A stretch of DNA of 30,459 nucleotides from Candidatus Eiseniibacteriota bacterium (GTDB lineage Bacteria > Eisenbacteria > RBG-16-71-46 > DASYSL01). The stretch lies in the NCBI GenBank assembly GCA_031431875.1, contig JANPEF010000041.1, positions 1 through 30,459 on the forward strand, given 5' to 3'. Positions 18,896 to 27,743 of the stretch are shown one piece after another. The notes below the pieces were generated by a model, which was not told the DNA's origin, did no database searches, and saw nothing but the letters and a program-made list of their open reading frames with translations. The stretch's first letter is position 1, and every line of letters starts with the position of its first letter. The translations under genes and the position numbers were made by a program.

Positions 18896-20418
18896 GCGCC
18901 GAACCTCTTCTCGAGACGAAGCCGCGTGATCTTCTTCTGTTCCTCGATCGCCACCGCGAGTTCGGCGGCGGGCGCATTGTGCATCCGCGCCTCGAGCTCG
19001 GCAAGGATCGTCGCCGCGGTCTTCCCGGTCGCACAGGTGAGGAAGAGCCGGCCGAAGCGCACCTCATATCCGCGCTGGCCGGCGGCCAGCGCCACGCGTG
19101 TGGTGACATTGGCATCCGACGCCGCCGCCTGCTCGCCCGCCGCCCATCCGTGCGCGTCATCCTTCCGCTCCCCGATCCGGGGATGCGCTGCGAACGCCTC
19201 GTCCCAGTCCGCTTCTCCCAGGTCCGCCATCGCCCGCTCGACGGCGGTGACTGCGGCGGCCGCGTCGGCGAACGGCCGCGCGGCAGCAAGCGCCTCGGCA
19301 AAGCGCCGCGACCCGAGCCACGCAGCGAACTCCGTGGCCGCTGCGCCCGGTGGCAGCGCGTTCACGAACGCGAGCACCAGGTCGCGCCTTCCCCGCTCCT
19401 CGATCCGCCCGAACAACCGCAGTCGCGCCACGCCGCCGTCGGGGAAGATGCGCAGGCAGGCGTGGGTCGCCGGCCGGGCCGCGGCATCCCCCGCCGCCGC
19501 CAGCGCGTGCACGTGATGCGGCGTCAGCGACGTGTCGGGCACCAGCGGTGTCCACGCGAAATCGGGCTCGGCGAGAGCATCGAGCGATGCACCCGGCGCG
19601 TCGGCGAACTCGATCCGGCACGTGCCCGGCGCGTTGCCCTTGAAGTGCGACGTGTCGACGACGACGCGCTCGATCACGCCGCGCGCGGCGAGCCGGACGA
19701 TCGCCCAGTCGTGCCCGGGGCCGCGCCGGCGGCGGGTCTCCCAGCCGTCGTGCATGCCGCGGCTCGCGCCCGGCAGGATCAGGTGGTGCCGCCCGCCGAA
19801 GAACATGTCGCTCGCGCCGATCACGGACGCACCGTGCTCGAGAGCGGCCAGGTCGAGCAAACCGGGCTCGATCGCAGCCACCGCGGCCGGGTCGGGCACG
19901 ACGTCGCCGTGGACGCGCAGGCGGGCGACGCCGCCGTCGGGATCGATGTGCAGGCGCAGGTGGGTCACGCGCCACGGCACGTCGATCGCGAAGCGGTTCT
20001 TCGCGTCCCCGGCAAGCCCGCTCTTCGCCAGCAGCGGGAACCACGCCGTGTCGTTGGCCGCCAGGGACTCGGTCGATGCGTCGGGTGTCGCGACGGTGCC
20101 CTCGAGCCAGCACGACTCGGGGAAGTTGCCGCGGAAGAACGCCGTGTCGACGACCACGCCGCGCACGATCCCCGGCATCCCCAGGCGGACGACGCACCAA
20201 TCGTGACCGGGCGTGCGCCGGCGGCGCGACTCCCAGCCGTCCATCCACTTGCCGCGGTCGGTGTAGCGGTCGGCGATCCAGATCGCGGGCGCGTCGGCGA
20301 CCAGGTTCTCCTTCTCCGCGAAGAAGTCGTCGCTGGCGAGCAGAACCACGCCGCCCAGCCGCGCCGAGGCCAGGTCGACAAGCGTCTCGAATGCGGCCGC
20401 GTCGTCCTTGCCGTTCAT
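18892..20418 (-). CDS. alc: Allantoicase fused to a C-terminal OHCU decarboxylase (Alc-UraD)
   Basis: Two allantoicase repeats (SDDFF…DGWESRRRR…PDGGVARLR; SDMFF…DGWETRRRR…PDGGVARLR) followed in frame by AFAAHPRIG…EQ…YEVRFG…EQKKITRLRL; the ATG at 20418 overlaps the allB stop. Confidence 0.92.
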   Translation of the reverse strand: MNGKDDAAAFETLVDLASARLGGVVLLASDDFFAEKENLVADAPAIWIADRYTDRGKWMDGWESRRRRTPGHDWCVVRLGMPGIVRGVVVDTAFFRGNFPESCWLEGTVATPDASTESLAANDTAWFPLLAKSGLAGDAKNRFAIDVPWRVTHLRLHIDPDGGVARLRVHGDVVPDPAAVAAIEPGLLDLAALEHGASVIGASDMFFGGRHHLILPGASRGMHDGWETRRRRGPGHDWAIVRLAARGVIERVVVDTSHFKGNAPGTCRIEFADAPGASLDALAEPDFAWTPLVPDTSLTPHHVHALAAAGDAAARPATHACLRIFPDGGVARLRLFGRIEERGRRDLVLAFVNALPPGAAATEFAAWLGSRRFAEALAAARPFADAAAAVTAVERAMADLGEADWDEAFAAHPRIGERKDDAHGWAAGEQAAASDANVTTRVALAAGQRGYEVRFGRLFLTCATGKTAATILAELEARMHNAPAAELAVAIEEQKKITRLRLEKRFGA

Positions 20419-21800
20419 GCGTCCTCCACCATGCGCGTGAGCAGGCGCCCACGCGGCACGCCCTCGAAGCGCCCTGCGTCGTCGCCCTGCGGCCCCGCAT
20501 AGATCCGTTCCCCGCGCAGGTACGTCGCGCGTACGCGCCCGCGCAGGGTGCGCCCCGCGTACGGCGTGATCCGGTGCCGCGTCCACAGCCGTTCCGGCCG
20601 CACGGTCCACGTCGCCTCGGCGTCGAACAGCACGAGGTCGGCGTCGAAGCCCGGCTCGATGGCGCCCTTGCGCGCCCCGAGCCCCGCGTGGAGCGCCGGC
20701 TTCCGGGCCATCCAGCGCACCACGTCGTCGATCGCGAACCCGCGTCGCCTCGCCTCGGTCCACACGACCGCCAACCCCAGGCCGAGCGAGCTGATCCCGC
20801 CCCACGCGCGCGCGAAGTCGCCGTCGTCGAGCGCCTTGCCCTCGGGCGGGCTGGGCGAGTGGTCGCTGGCGATGAAGTCGATCGTGCCATCGGCGAGCCC
20901 CTGCCACAGCCGCTCGCGGTTTTCCGCATCGCGGATCGGCGGGGCGCACTTGCACAGGGTCGCCCCGTCGGCGATGTCCTCGGCCGCGAGCGCCAGGTAG
21001 TGCGGGCAGGTCTCGGCGGTGAGGGCCAGTCCGTCAGCCTTCGCCGCGGCGATCAACGGCAGCGAGTCGGCCGACGACAGGTGGACGATGTGCACGCGGG
21101 GCATCACCCCGGTCGCCGCCGTGCGCCGTTGCTGGCGAATCACCAACGCCACGGCCTCCACCTCGGATCGCGTCGGGCGCGAGGCGAGCCAGCTCGCATA
21201 GGTGCGGTCGACCTCGACATCTGCCGGCATCGCCTGCGGCAGCTCAGCGTGCACGAGCAGCGGCAGGCGCAATCGCGCGCACTCGCCCATCGTGCGGGCG
21301 AACGAGATCTCGTCGAGGTAGGGAAACTCGGGCACCCCCGAGTCGGCGAGGAATGCCTTCACGCCGCACACACCGGCGGCCTTCATGTCGGCGAGATCCG
21401 ACAGGTTGTCGGGCACCGCGCCGCCCCAGAACGCGAGGTCCGTCCACACGCGCTCGCGCGCAGCCGCCTGCTTGAGCGTGAGCGCCTCGACATCGAGCGT
21501 GGGCGGCAGGCTGTTGAGTGGCATGTCGACGATCGTCGTCACCCCCCCGGCGGCCGCCGCGCGGGTCGCGGTCTCGAGCCCTTCCCAGTCGGTGCGCCCC
21601 GGCTCGTTGGCGTGCACGTGCGGATCGACCAGCCCGGGCAGGATGAACGCATCGTCGGCGTCGAACTCGCGAGCGCCGTTCGCGGGCATGTCATACATGC
21701 CGATGGCGATGATCCTCCCGTCGACGATCGTCAGTGAGGCAGGCGTGACTCCATCCAGCAGCGCGACCCGCCGGCCGCGGACGATCGTGCGCTCGTTCAT
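20415..21800 (-). CDS. allB: Metal-dependent allantoinase
   Basis: PGLVDPHVHANEPGRTDWEG, DMPLNS, GVKAFL, VHAE, ETCPHYL, KCAPPIR, SDHSP, AWGGISS. Confidence 0.95.
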   Translation of the reverse strand: MNERTIVRGRRVALLDGVTPASLTIVDGRIIAIGMYDMPANGAREFDADDAFILPGLVDPHVHANEPGRTDWEGLETATRAAAAGGVTTIVDMPLNSLPPTLDVEALTLKQAAARERVWTDLAFWGGAVPDNLSDLADMKAAGVCGVKAFLADSGVPEFPYLDEISFARTMGECARLRLPLLVHAELPQAMPADVEVDRTYASWLASRPTRSEVEAVALVIRQQRRTAATGVMPRVHIVHLSSADSLPLIAAAKADGLALTAETCPHYLALAAEDIADGATLCKCAPPIRDAENRERLWQGLADGTIDFIASDHSPSPPEGKALDDGDFARAWGGISSLGLGLAVVWTEARRRGFAIDDVVRWMARKPALHAGLGARKGAIEPGFDADLVLFDAEATWTVRPERLWTRHRITPYAGRTLRGRVRATYLRGERIYAGPQGDDAGRFEGVPRGRLLTRMVEDA

Positions 21801-22690
21801 GCCATGTCCGCTGCGGCGAACGCGCGGGCCAGGCCGGCGGCGATGCGCGCGCGATAGTCGCGTGTCGAGCGCATGTCGTCGATCGGCGCCATGTCCGTCG
21901 CCACCGCCGACGCGGCCGCCTCGGCCGCCCTCGCATCGAGCGGGCGCCCGGTGAGCGCGGCCTCGACGGCCCGGGCCCGCACCGTCACCGGTGCGACGCT
22001 GCCCAGCGCAAAACGTGCCCGCGTGACGATCCCTGCGGCGTCACGCTCGAGCACGCCCGCCGCGACGACCTTCGAGATGGCCTGCAGCCGACGCGTACCG
22101 ACCTTGCGGAAGAACGCCCGCACCGGCGGCGCTCCCGCTGCCGGGCGCGGCATCGGCACGGCGATCGCGGTGATCAGCTCGTCGCCCGCGCGCACGCTCG
22201 TCTTGTAGCCGGTGAAGTAGTCGGCGAGCGCGAGCGTGCGACGGCCGCGTGGGCTCGTCAGCTCGAGCGTCGCGTCGTAGGCGAGGAGAACGGGCACGCC
22301 GTCGGCGGCAGGCGAGGCATTCGCGACGTTGCCCGCCCACGTGCCGCGGTTCTGGATCTGGAGCGCCCCCAGCTCGCGCGCCGCCGCGACGAGCAGTGGC
22401 AGGTCGCGCGCCACGCGCGGATCGCGCCGGCAGTCGGCGTACGTGGTGAGCGGGCCCATCGTGTAGATGTCGCCGTCCCAGCGCGCGGGTGCCTTGAACT
22501 CGGCCACGGCGTGCAGGCTGACGAATGTCGTCGGGGCGACGTGCCCCGCGTTGAACGGCACGTACAGGTCGGTCGCGCCGGCGAGCGGCGTCACTCCGCC
22601 CGGCCGGGCCGCGCCGGATGCAAGGAGCGCCAGTGCCGCGGAGAGGTTCGTCGGGCACGCGACGTCGAAGTCCTCGAGCCGGCTTCTCAC
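21797..22690 (-). CDS. Xanthine dehydrogenase family FAD-binding subunit
   Basis: LAGATDL, QIQNRGTWAGNVANASPAAD, FRKVGTR, PIDDMRSTRDYR; the GTG at 22690 overlaps the upstream stop; SD GGAGG. Confidence 0.9.
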   Translation of the reverse strand: MRSRLEDFDVACPTNLSAALALLASGAARPGGVTPLAGATDLYVPFNAGHVAPTTFVSLHAVAEFKAPARWDGDIYTMGPLTTYADCRRDPRVARDLPLLVAAARELGALQIQNRGTWAGNVANASPAADGVPVLLAYDATLELTSPRGRRTLALADYFTGYKTSVRAGDELITAIAVPMPRPAAGAPPVRAFFRKVGTRRLQAISKVVAAGVLERDAAGIVTRARFALGSVAPVTVRARAVEAALTGRPLDARAAEAAASAVATDMAPIDDMRSTRDYRARIAAGLARAFAAADMA

Positions 22691-23157
22691 GCGCCGCCTC
22701 CGTCGCCCTGCCCCCGCGCGGCCGCGACCGCGGCGAAGATCTTCGTGTAGCCGGTGCAGCGACACAGGTTGCCGGCCAGCGCCTCGCCGACGCTGTCGGC
22801 GGTGGCCAGGTCCCGCGTCCAGGCGACCGCGGCGAGGATCATGCCCGGCGTGCAGATCCCGCACTGGGCGCCGCCCTCGTGCGCGAACGCCGCCTGCATC
22901 GGATGCAATGCGCCGTCCCGGGCGGCGAGACCCTCGATCGTCGTGATCGTGGCTTCCTGCGCCTGGCAGGCGGGCACGAGGCAACTCATCACCGGGCGGC
23001 CATCGAGCAGCACCGTGCAGGCGCCGCACTCGCCCTCGCCGCAGCCTTCCTTCGTGCCGGTCAGCCCGCACTCCTCGCGCAGGACGTCGAGCAGCCGCTT
23101 CGCCGGATGCGCCTCGATCGCCCGCGAAGCGCCGTTGATCTTCAGGATGAGCTTCAC
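22687..23157 (-). CDS. Xanthine dehydrogenase family [2Fe-2S] subunit
   Basis: GTKEGCGEGECGAC…SC, QCGICTPG, GNLCRCTGY. Confidence 0.95.
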   Translation of the reverse strand: MKLILKINGASRAIEAHPAKRLLDVLREECGLTGTKEGCGEGECGACTVLLDGRPVMSCLVPACQAQEATITTIEGLAARDGALHPMQAAFAHEGGAQCGICTPGMILAAVAWTRDLATADSVGEALAGNLCRCTGYTKIFAAVAAARGQGDGGGA

Positions 23158-25361
23158 GGCTTCCCCCCGCCCGCGGCGTCCACCGCCACGAGAATGCGCT
23201 CGGGCAGGAACGGAATCCTCGGCAGGAGCACGCCCAGTGCATCGGCGATTGCCGCGCCGATCGCCGGCGCCGGCCCGTCCATCGGTAACTCGCCGATTCC
23301 CTTCGCCCCGCCGGGTCCGTGGGCGTACGGGCGTTCGTGGAAAATCGTGCGAATGGGCACCGTGTCGGCGGCCGTCGGCAGGATGTAGTTGGTCAATTGG
23401 TGATTCACCATCGCACCGTCCTTGAGCACGACGTCCTCGTACAGCGCCCAGCCGATGCCCTGCGCCACGCCGCCCTCGATCTGGCCGGCGGCGAGGATCG
23501 GGTGCAGGACGCGCCCCACCTCCTGCACCGCGACGAAGTCGGCGACCTCGGCCTGGTGCGTGAGCCGATCGATCGTCACGTCGACCGCGTGCACCGACCA
23601 GGCGTAGGCCGCGTACGCGTCGCCGGTGTAGGTCGCGTCATCCCACGAGACGCCGGGAGGCGGCTCGTACTGCCGCTCATAATGCCGAGGCTTGCCCGCG
23701 GCGACGTGCGCCGCGGCACGCGCCACGAATTCCGGGCCGCTGGACGGCGGTCCACCCGCCTCAACCGCCATCTTCAGGTCCACCGCTGCCCGGTCGAGCA
23801 ATTCCCCGACCACCATCGACGTGCGCGAGGCGACGGTCGGTCCGCTGTCGGGCACGATGTCGGTGTCGGGCGGCACGACTTCGACCGCCGCGAGTGCGAT
23901 TCCCAGCCGCCCGGCGACGATCTGCGTGAACACAGTGTTCGTCCCCTGCCCGATGTCGGTCGAGGCGGCGAGCACGCGGATCCGCCCGTCGGGGGCGATC
24001 TCGAGCGCCGCGCGCGAGGCGAGCTTCACCTCGCCGCTGCCGGTGAAGCCCGAGCCGTGGAAGAACGTGGCCACGCCGCGCCCGTGCCACGGACCGCCCG
24101 GCGTCGCCGCAGGACGGGGACCGAGGGCCGCGAGCGCCTCGTCGAGCATGGTGCCCAGGCCGGGATCCTCGGCCAGCGTCTGCCCGGTCGGCAGGGTGTC
24201 GCCGGCGGAGAGAAAGTTGCGCCGGCGCAAGTCAAGCGGATCGATTCCGAGGACGCGCGCGGCGCGCTCCATGTGCATCTCGATGGCGAAGATCGTCTGC
24301 GGCGCACCGAAGCCGCGGAACGCGCCGTAGGGCGGCGCGTTGGTCAGCACGGCGCGCGCCTCGATCGTGACATCGTCGCAACGGTAGGCGCCGGCGGCGT
24401 GCAGCGTGGCGCGCGAGAGCACGACCGGCGTCAGCGTGACGTACGCGCCGCCGTCGAGGTCGACCGCGATGTGCAGCGCGGTCAGGTCTCCGTCGCGCGT
24501 GAACCCGGCGCGAATCGTGGTGCGGCTGGGATGCCGCTTGGTCGTCGCCCACATGTCCTCGAGCCGGTCGTAGACCAGCTTCACCGGCCGGCCGCCTGCC
24601 TTCCACGACAGGAGCGCGGCGTGCCCGGCGATGACGTTCGGGTACTCCTCCTTGCCGCCGAACCCGCCGCCGGTGACGGTCTGGATCACGCGCACCTTCT
24701 CGGGCGGGAGGCCCAGCACGGGCCCGAGCGCCTTGTGCACGTAGTACGGGCACTGCATCGAGCCCCACACGGTCACGCCCTTCTCCGCCGAGGCGATCGC
24801 GACCACGCCCTGCGTCTCGATGTAGAGCTGCTCCTGCGCACCGGTCTCGTACGTGCCCTCGACCACGACCTCCGCCTTCGCCAGGGCGGCGGCCGCGTCC
24901 CCGCGCGCCACGTGGTAACGCTTGAACATGTTGTCGGCGCCGTGCTGCGCATCGCCCGTCGCGGCGGAAGCCACGCTGTCCTCGATGGTGAAGACCCCCG
25001 GCAGCGGATCGATGTCGAGCGCAACGAGCGTGGCGGCCTTCTCGACCAGGCCCTTGTCGGCGTGGGCGATCAGCACGACGGGCTCGGCGACGTGGCGGAT
25101 GACATCGTGCGCCAGGTACGGCTGGTCGGGCTCGATCAGCACGATCACGTTCTGCCCGGGGATGTCGGCCGCGGTGACGACGACAAACTCGTCCCACGGC
25201 ACGCCCGGCAGAAAGCGCACGCCGCGCAGCCGCCCGCGGGGCACGGTCGTGCGGATCGTCTTCCCGTGAAGCACTCCTTCGAATGGAAGGTCGTCGATGT
25301 AGAGCGCACGGCCGCTGACCTTCGCGGCGCCGTCGGTGCGCGTGGGGCTTTCGCCGATCAT
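23154..25361 (-). CDS. Xanthine dehydrogenase molybdopterin-binding subunit
   Basis: QEQLYIE, GGGFGGKE, VLSRA, AFRGFGAPQ, IGQG, TVASR, GQIEGGVAQG, AKGIGE; the ATG at 25361 overlaps the puuD stop. Confidence 0.93.
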   Translation of the reverse strand: MIGESPTRTDGAAKVSGRALYIDDLPFEGVLHGKTIRTTVPRGRLRGVRFLPGVPWDEFVVVTAADIPGQNVIVLIEPDQPYLAHDVIRHVAEPVVLIAHADKGLVEKAATLVALDIDPLPGVFTIEDSVASAATGDAQHGADNMFKRYHVARGDAAAALAKAEVVVEGTYETGAQEQLYIETQGVVAIASAEKGVTVWGSMQCPYYVHKALGPVLGLPPEKVRVIQTVTGGGFGGKEEYPNVIAGHAALLSWKAGGRPVKLVYDRLEDMWATTKRHPSRTTIRAGFTRDGDLTALHIAVDLDGGAYVTLTPVVLSRATLHAAGAYRCDDVTIEARAVLTNAPPYGAFRGFGAPQTIFAIEMHMERAARVLGIDPLDLRRRNFLSAGDTLPTGQTLAEDPGLGTMLDEALAALGPRPAATPGGPWHGRGVATFFHGSGFTGSGEVKLASRAALEIAPDGRIRVLAASTDIGQGTNTVFTQIVAGRLGIALAAVEVVPPDTDIVPDSGPTVASRTSMVVGELLDRAAVDLKMAVEAGGPPSSGPEFVARAAAHVAAGKPRHYERQYEPPPGVSWDDATYTGDAYAAYAWSVHAVDVTIDRLTHQAEVADFVAVQEVGRVLHPILAAGQIEGGVAQGIGWALYEDVVLKDGAMVNHQLTNYILPTAADTVPIRTIFHERPYAHGPGGAKGIGELPMDGPAPAIGAAIADALGVLLPRIPFLPERILVAVDAAGGGKP

Positions 25362-26584
25362 CGGTCCGTCGCTCCGTGGCCGATCCAGCGTGCGATCAGC
25401 AGGCGCTCCCCGGCCGTCATGGCCGTCATGTTGCCCAGTGGCATCGTCTGCGTGGTCACGACGCGCTCGCGAATCCGCGCCGACCAGCGAAGCACCTGTT
25501 CGCCACTCTCCAGGTTCACGCCGCCCGGCGCCGCGCCAAACGTCGCGATGCGCGGCACGGTCGCGTGACAGGCGACGCAGCGCGAGAGCATCACGGCCTG
25601 CACCTCGGCGAACGTCGGCGCCGCCCCTGCGCCGGCCAGCGCCGCGCGGGTGGCGTCGTCGACGCGACTCTCGAGCCGTGCCGGCGCGGTCAGGATCGCC
25701 AGGCCGACTGCGGCAGCGGCCATCGGCACACCCCAGGCGAAACGCCGGCGGCCATGTCCGATCATCAGGTGCCGGGCGCCCATCCCGATGGCGATCAGCA
25801 GCAGCAGCACGACCGCGCGATCGGGTGCGCCGTACGTCCCCGGGTAGTGGTTCGAGAACATGACGAACAGCACCGGGAACGTCAGGTAGCTGTTGTGGAC
25901 CGAGCGCAGCTTCGCCTTCTCGCTGTGCGACCAGTCGGGCGTCTTCCCCTGTTCGGTCGCCTTGATCATGGCGCTCTGCGCCGGCAGGATGCGGGCCCAC
26001 ACGTTGGCGACCATGATCGAGCCGAGGAGCGCACCGACGTGCACGAACGCGGCGCGCCCCGACAGCGTGCGCGTGAGCACCATGACGACGCCCACGAGCA
26101 GTGCGAGCGAGACCGCCGTCGCCACCGCGCGGCGGCGTTCACCGGCCCAGTCCCACAGCGCGTCGTAGACGAACCAGCCGCCGATCAGGATCGACAGCCC
26201 GAGCGCCATCGCCGTGCGCGGCGACAGGCTCGACACCGCCGGATCGGTCAGGTAGAGGCCGCGCGTCGAGTAGTAGATCGCGCCCAGCAGCGCCGCGCCC
26301 GACAGCCAAGTGATCGCAGCCTCCCACTTGAACCAGTGGAGCGTCCTGGGCATGCCGCCGGGCCCGATCTTCCGCCGCTCGACGCGGTAGAAACCGCCCG
26401 AGTGCACCATCCACAGCGAGCCTTCGAGCTCCGGGTCGGGATCCGGCTCGCCCTTCGGGCGCACGAGGACGCGCTCGAGGTGCTGGTCGAGCCAGATGAA
26501 GTAGAAGGAGCTGCCGATCCATGCGATTCCGGCGATGAGGTGGACCCAGCGCAGGGCCAGGCCGATCCATTCCTGAGGGGACAT
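25358..26584 (-). CDS. puuD: Membrane urate hydroxylase with C-terminal cytochrome c
   Basis: RWVHLIAGIAWIGSSFYFIWLD, WMVHSGGFY, LHWFKWEA, RSVHNSYLTFPVLFVMFSNHYP, heme motif CVACH and MPLGN. Confidence 0.92.
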   Translation of the reverse strand: MSPQEWIGLALRWVHLIAGIAWIGSSFYFIWLDQHLERVLVRPKGEPDPDPELEGSLWMVHSGGFYRVERRKIGPGGMPRTLHWFKWEAAITWLSGAALLGAIYYSTRGLYLTDPAVSSLSPRTAMALGLSILIGGWFVYDALWDWAGERRRAVATAVSLALLVGVVMVLTRTLSGRAAFVHVGALLGSIMVANVWARILPAQSAMIKATEQGKTPDWSHSEKAKLRSVHNSYLTFPVLFVMFSNHYPGTYGAPDRAVVLLLLIAIGMGARHLMIGHGRRRFAWGVPMAAAAVGLAILTAPARLESRVDDATRAALAGAGAAPTFAEVQAVMLSRCVACHATVPRIATFGAAPGGVNLESGEQVLRWSARIRERVVTTQTMPLGNMTAMTAGERLLIARWIGHGATDR

Positions 26585-26642
26585 GCGGCGCATTGTGCCG
26601 CACGGAGCGCCTCCGAGGCCAGCAACAGATCGCGAGGCGCGC

Positions 26643-27644
26643 CTAGCCCCGCCCGGCCGCCGCCCGCCGCAGCCGGTCGCGCACGGCAATGCCGAGGCCC
26701 GACTCGGCCGGCGGGACAACCAGGACGACCGAGGCGCCGCGGAGGTCAGCCTCGCGCAGGAGCGCATAGAGCACGCGCGCGAAGTCGGCCGGTTCCACCG
26801 GCGCATCGAGCCGCTCCTCCGCGGTGAGTCCGGGTGCCGGCACGTCGGCCGGCGCGACGAGGAGCACGTGGCTCCCCGCGGCCGTCAGCACAGCCGCGCG
26901 CTCCGCCGCAGCGGACGCGCTCACCAGCTCGACCCCGGCGCGCGGCGCGTAGTGCGCCGCCAGCATACCCGGCGCGCGCACGCCACCCTCCATACCTGCG
27001 TCATCCCTGTCGAGCCGCACGGCCACGCCGAGGACCCGCTCGAGATCGCCCGCAGTGATCGCCCCGCTGCGCAGGATCGTCGGGACCGCGGGGTCGCTCG
27101 CCAGGTCGACGATCGTCGACTCGACGCCGATCGCGCACGGCCCGCCGTCGAGCACGAGATCGACCTCGACCCCCAGGTCCACCCGCACGTGCTCCGCGCT
27201 CGTCGGGCTGACGTGGCCGAAGCGGTTCGCCGACGGAGCGGCGAGCCCGCCGCCGAATGCCTTCAACACCGCGAGCGCGAGCGGATGATCGGGCGCCCGC
27301 AGGGCGACCGTGTCCTGTCCACCGGTGACGACGTCGAGTGCCCGCGCCGAACGCGGGAGCACGAGCGTGAGCGGCCCGGGCCAGAACACGTCGGCCAGCC
27401 GGCGCGCTGCCTCCGGTACGTCGCGTGCCCAGGCATCGAGCGCCGTCGCCCCCGCCACGTGCACGATCACGGGGTGCGATGCCGGGCGCCCCTTCACGGC
27501 GAAGATGCGCCGCACTGCGATCTCGTTCGAGGCGTCGGCGGCGAGGCCGTACACGGTTTCGGTGGGGAGGGCCACGAGACCGCCACTCCGGAGGAGGACG
27601 ACGGCGCGATCGATATCGGCGGGCGTGGACGGCGAGGGGAACAT
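26643..27644 (-). CDS. sua5: Threonylcarbamoyl-AMP synthase, Sua5 type
   Basis: PTETVYGL, KGRP, FWPGPLT, APSAN, GVESTIVD, linker APGMLAAHYAP. Start 27644 is preferred over 27653 because of TATCAT-N7-ATG. Confidence 0.93.
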   Translation of the reverse strand: MFPSPSTPADIDRAVVLLRSGGLVALPTETVYGLAADASNEIAVRRIFAVKGRPASHPVIVHVAGATALDAWARDVPEAARRLADVFWPGPLTLVLPRSARALDVVTGGQDTVALRAPDHPLALAVLKAFGGGLAAPSANRFGHVSPTSAEHVRVDLGVEVDLVLDGGPCAIGVESTIVDLASDPAVPTILRSGAITAGDLERVLGVAVRLDRDDAGMEGGVRAPGMLAAHYAPRAGVELVSASAAAERAAVLTAAGSHVLLVAPADVPAPGLTAEERLDAPVEPADFARVLYALLREADLRGASVVLVVPPAESGLGIAVRDRLRRAAAGRG

Positions 27645-27743
27645 GCGCGGCATGATATCCTACCGGGCCTGCGCTAGAATGCGCCGGATATGGCGGCTCG
27701 CCAGACGATTCGGCCCCGCGCTCCGCCCCCAGGGAGGTCTTCG

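Noticed and set aside
18892..26806. Extended track starts for alc (20955), FAD subunit (23242), Mo subunit (26000) and puuD (26806)
   Set aside because: They run deep into upstream genes; internal starts at the 4-nt overlaps match the family N-termini.
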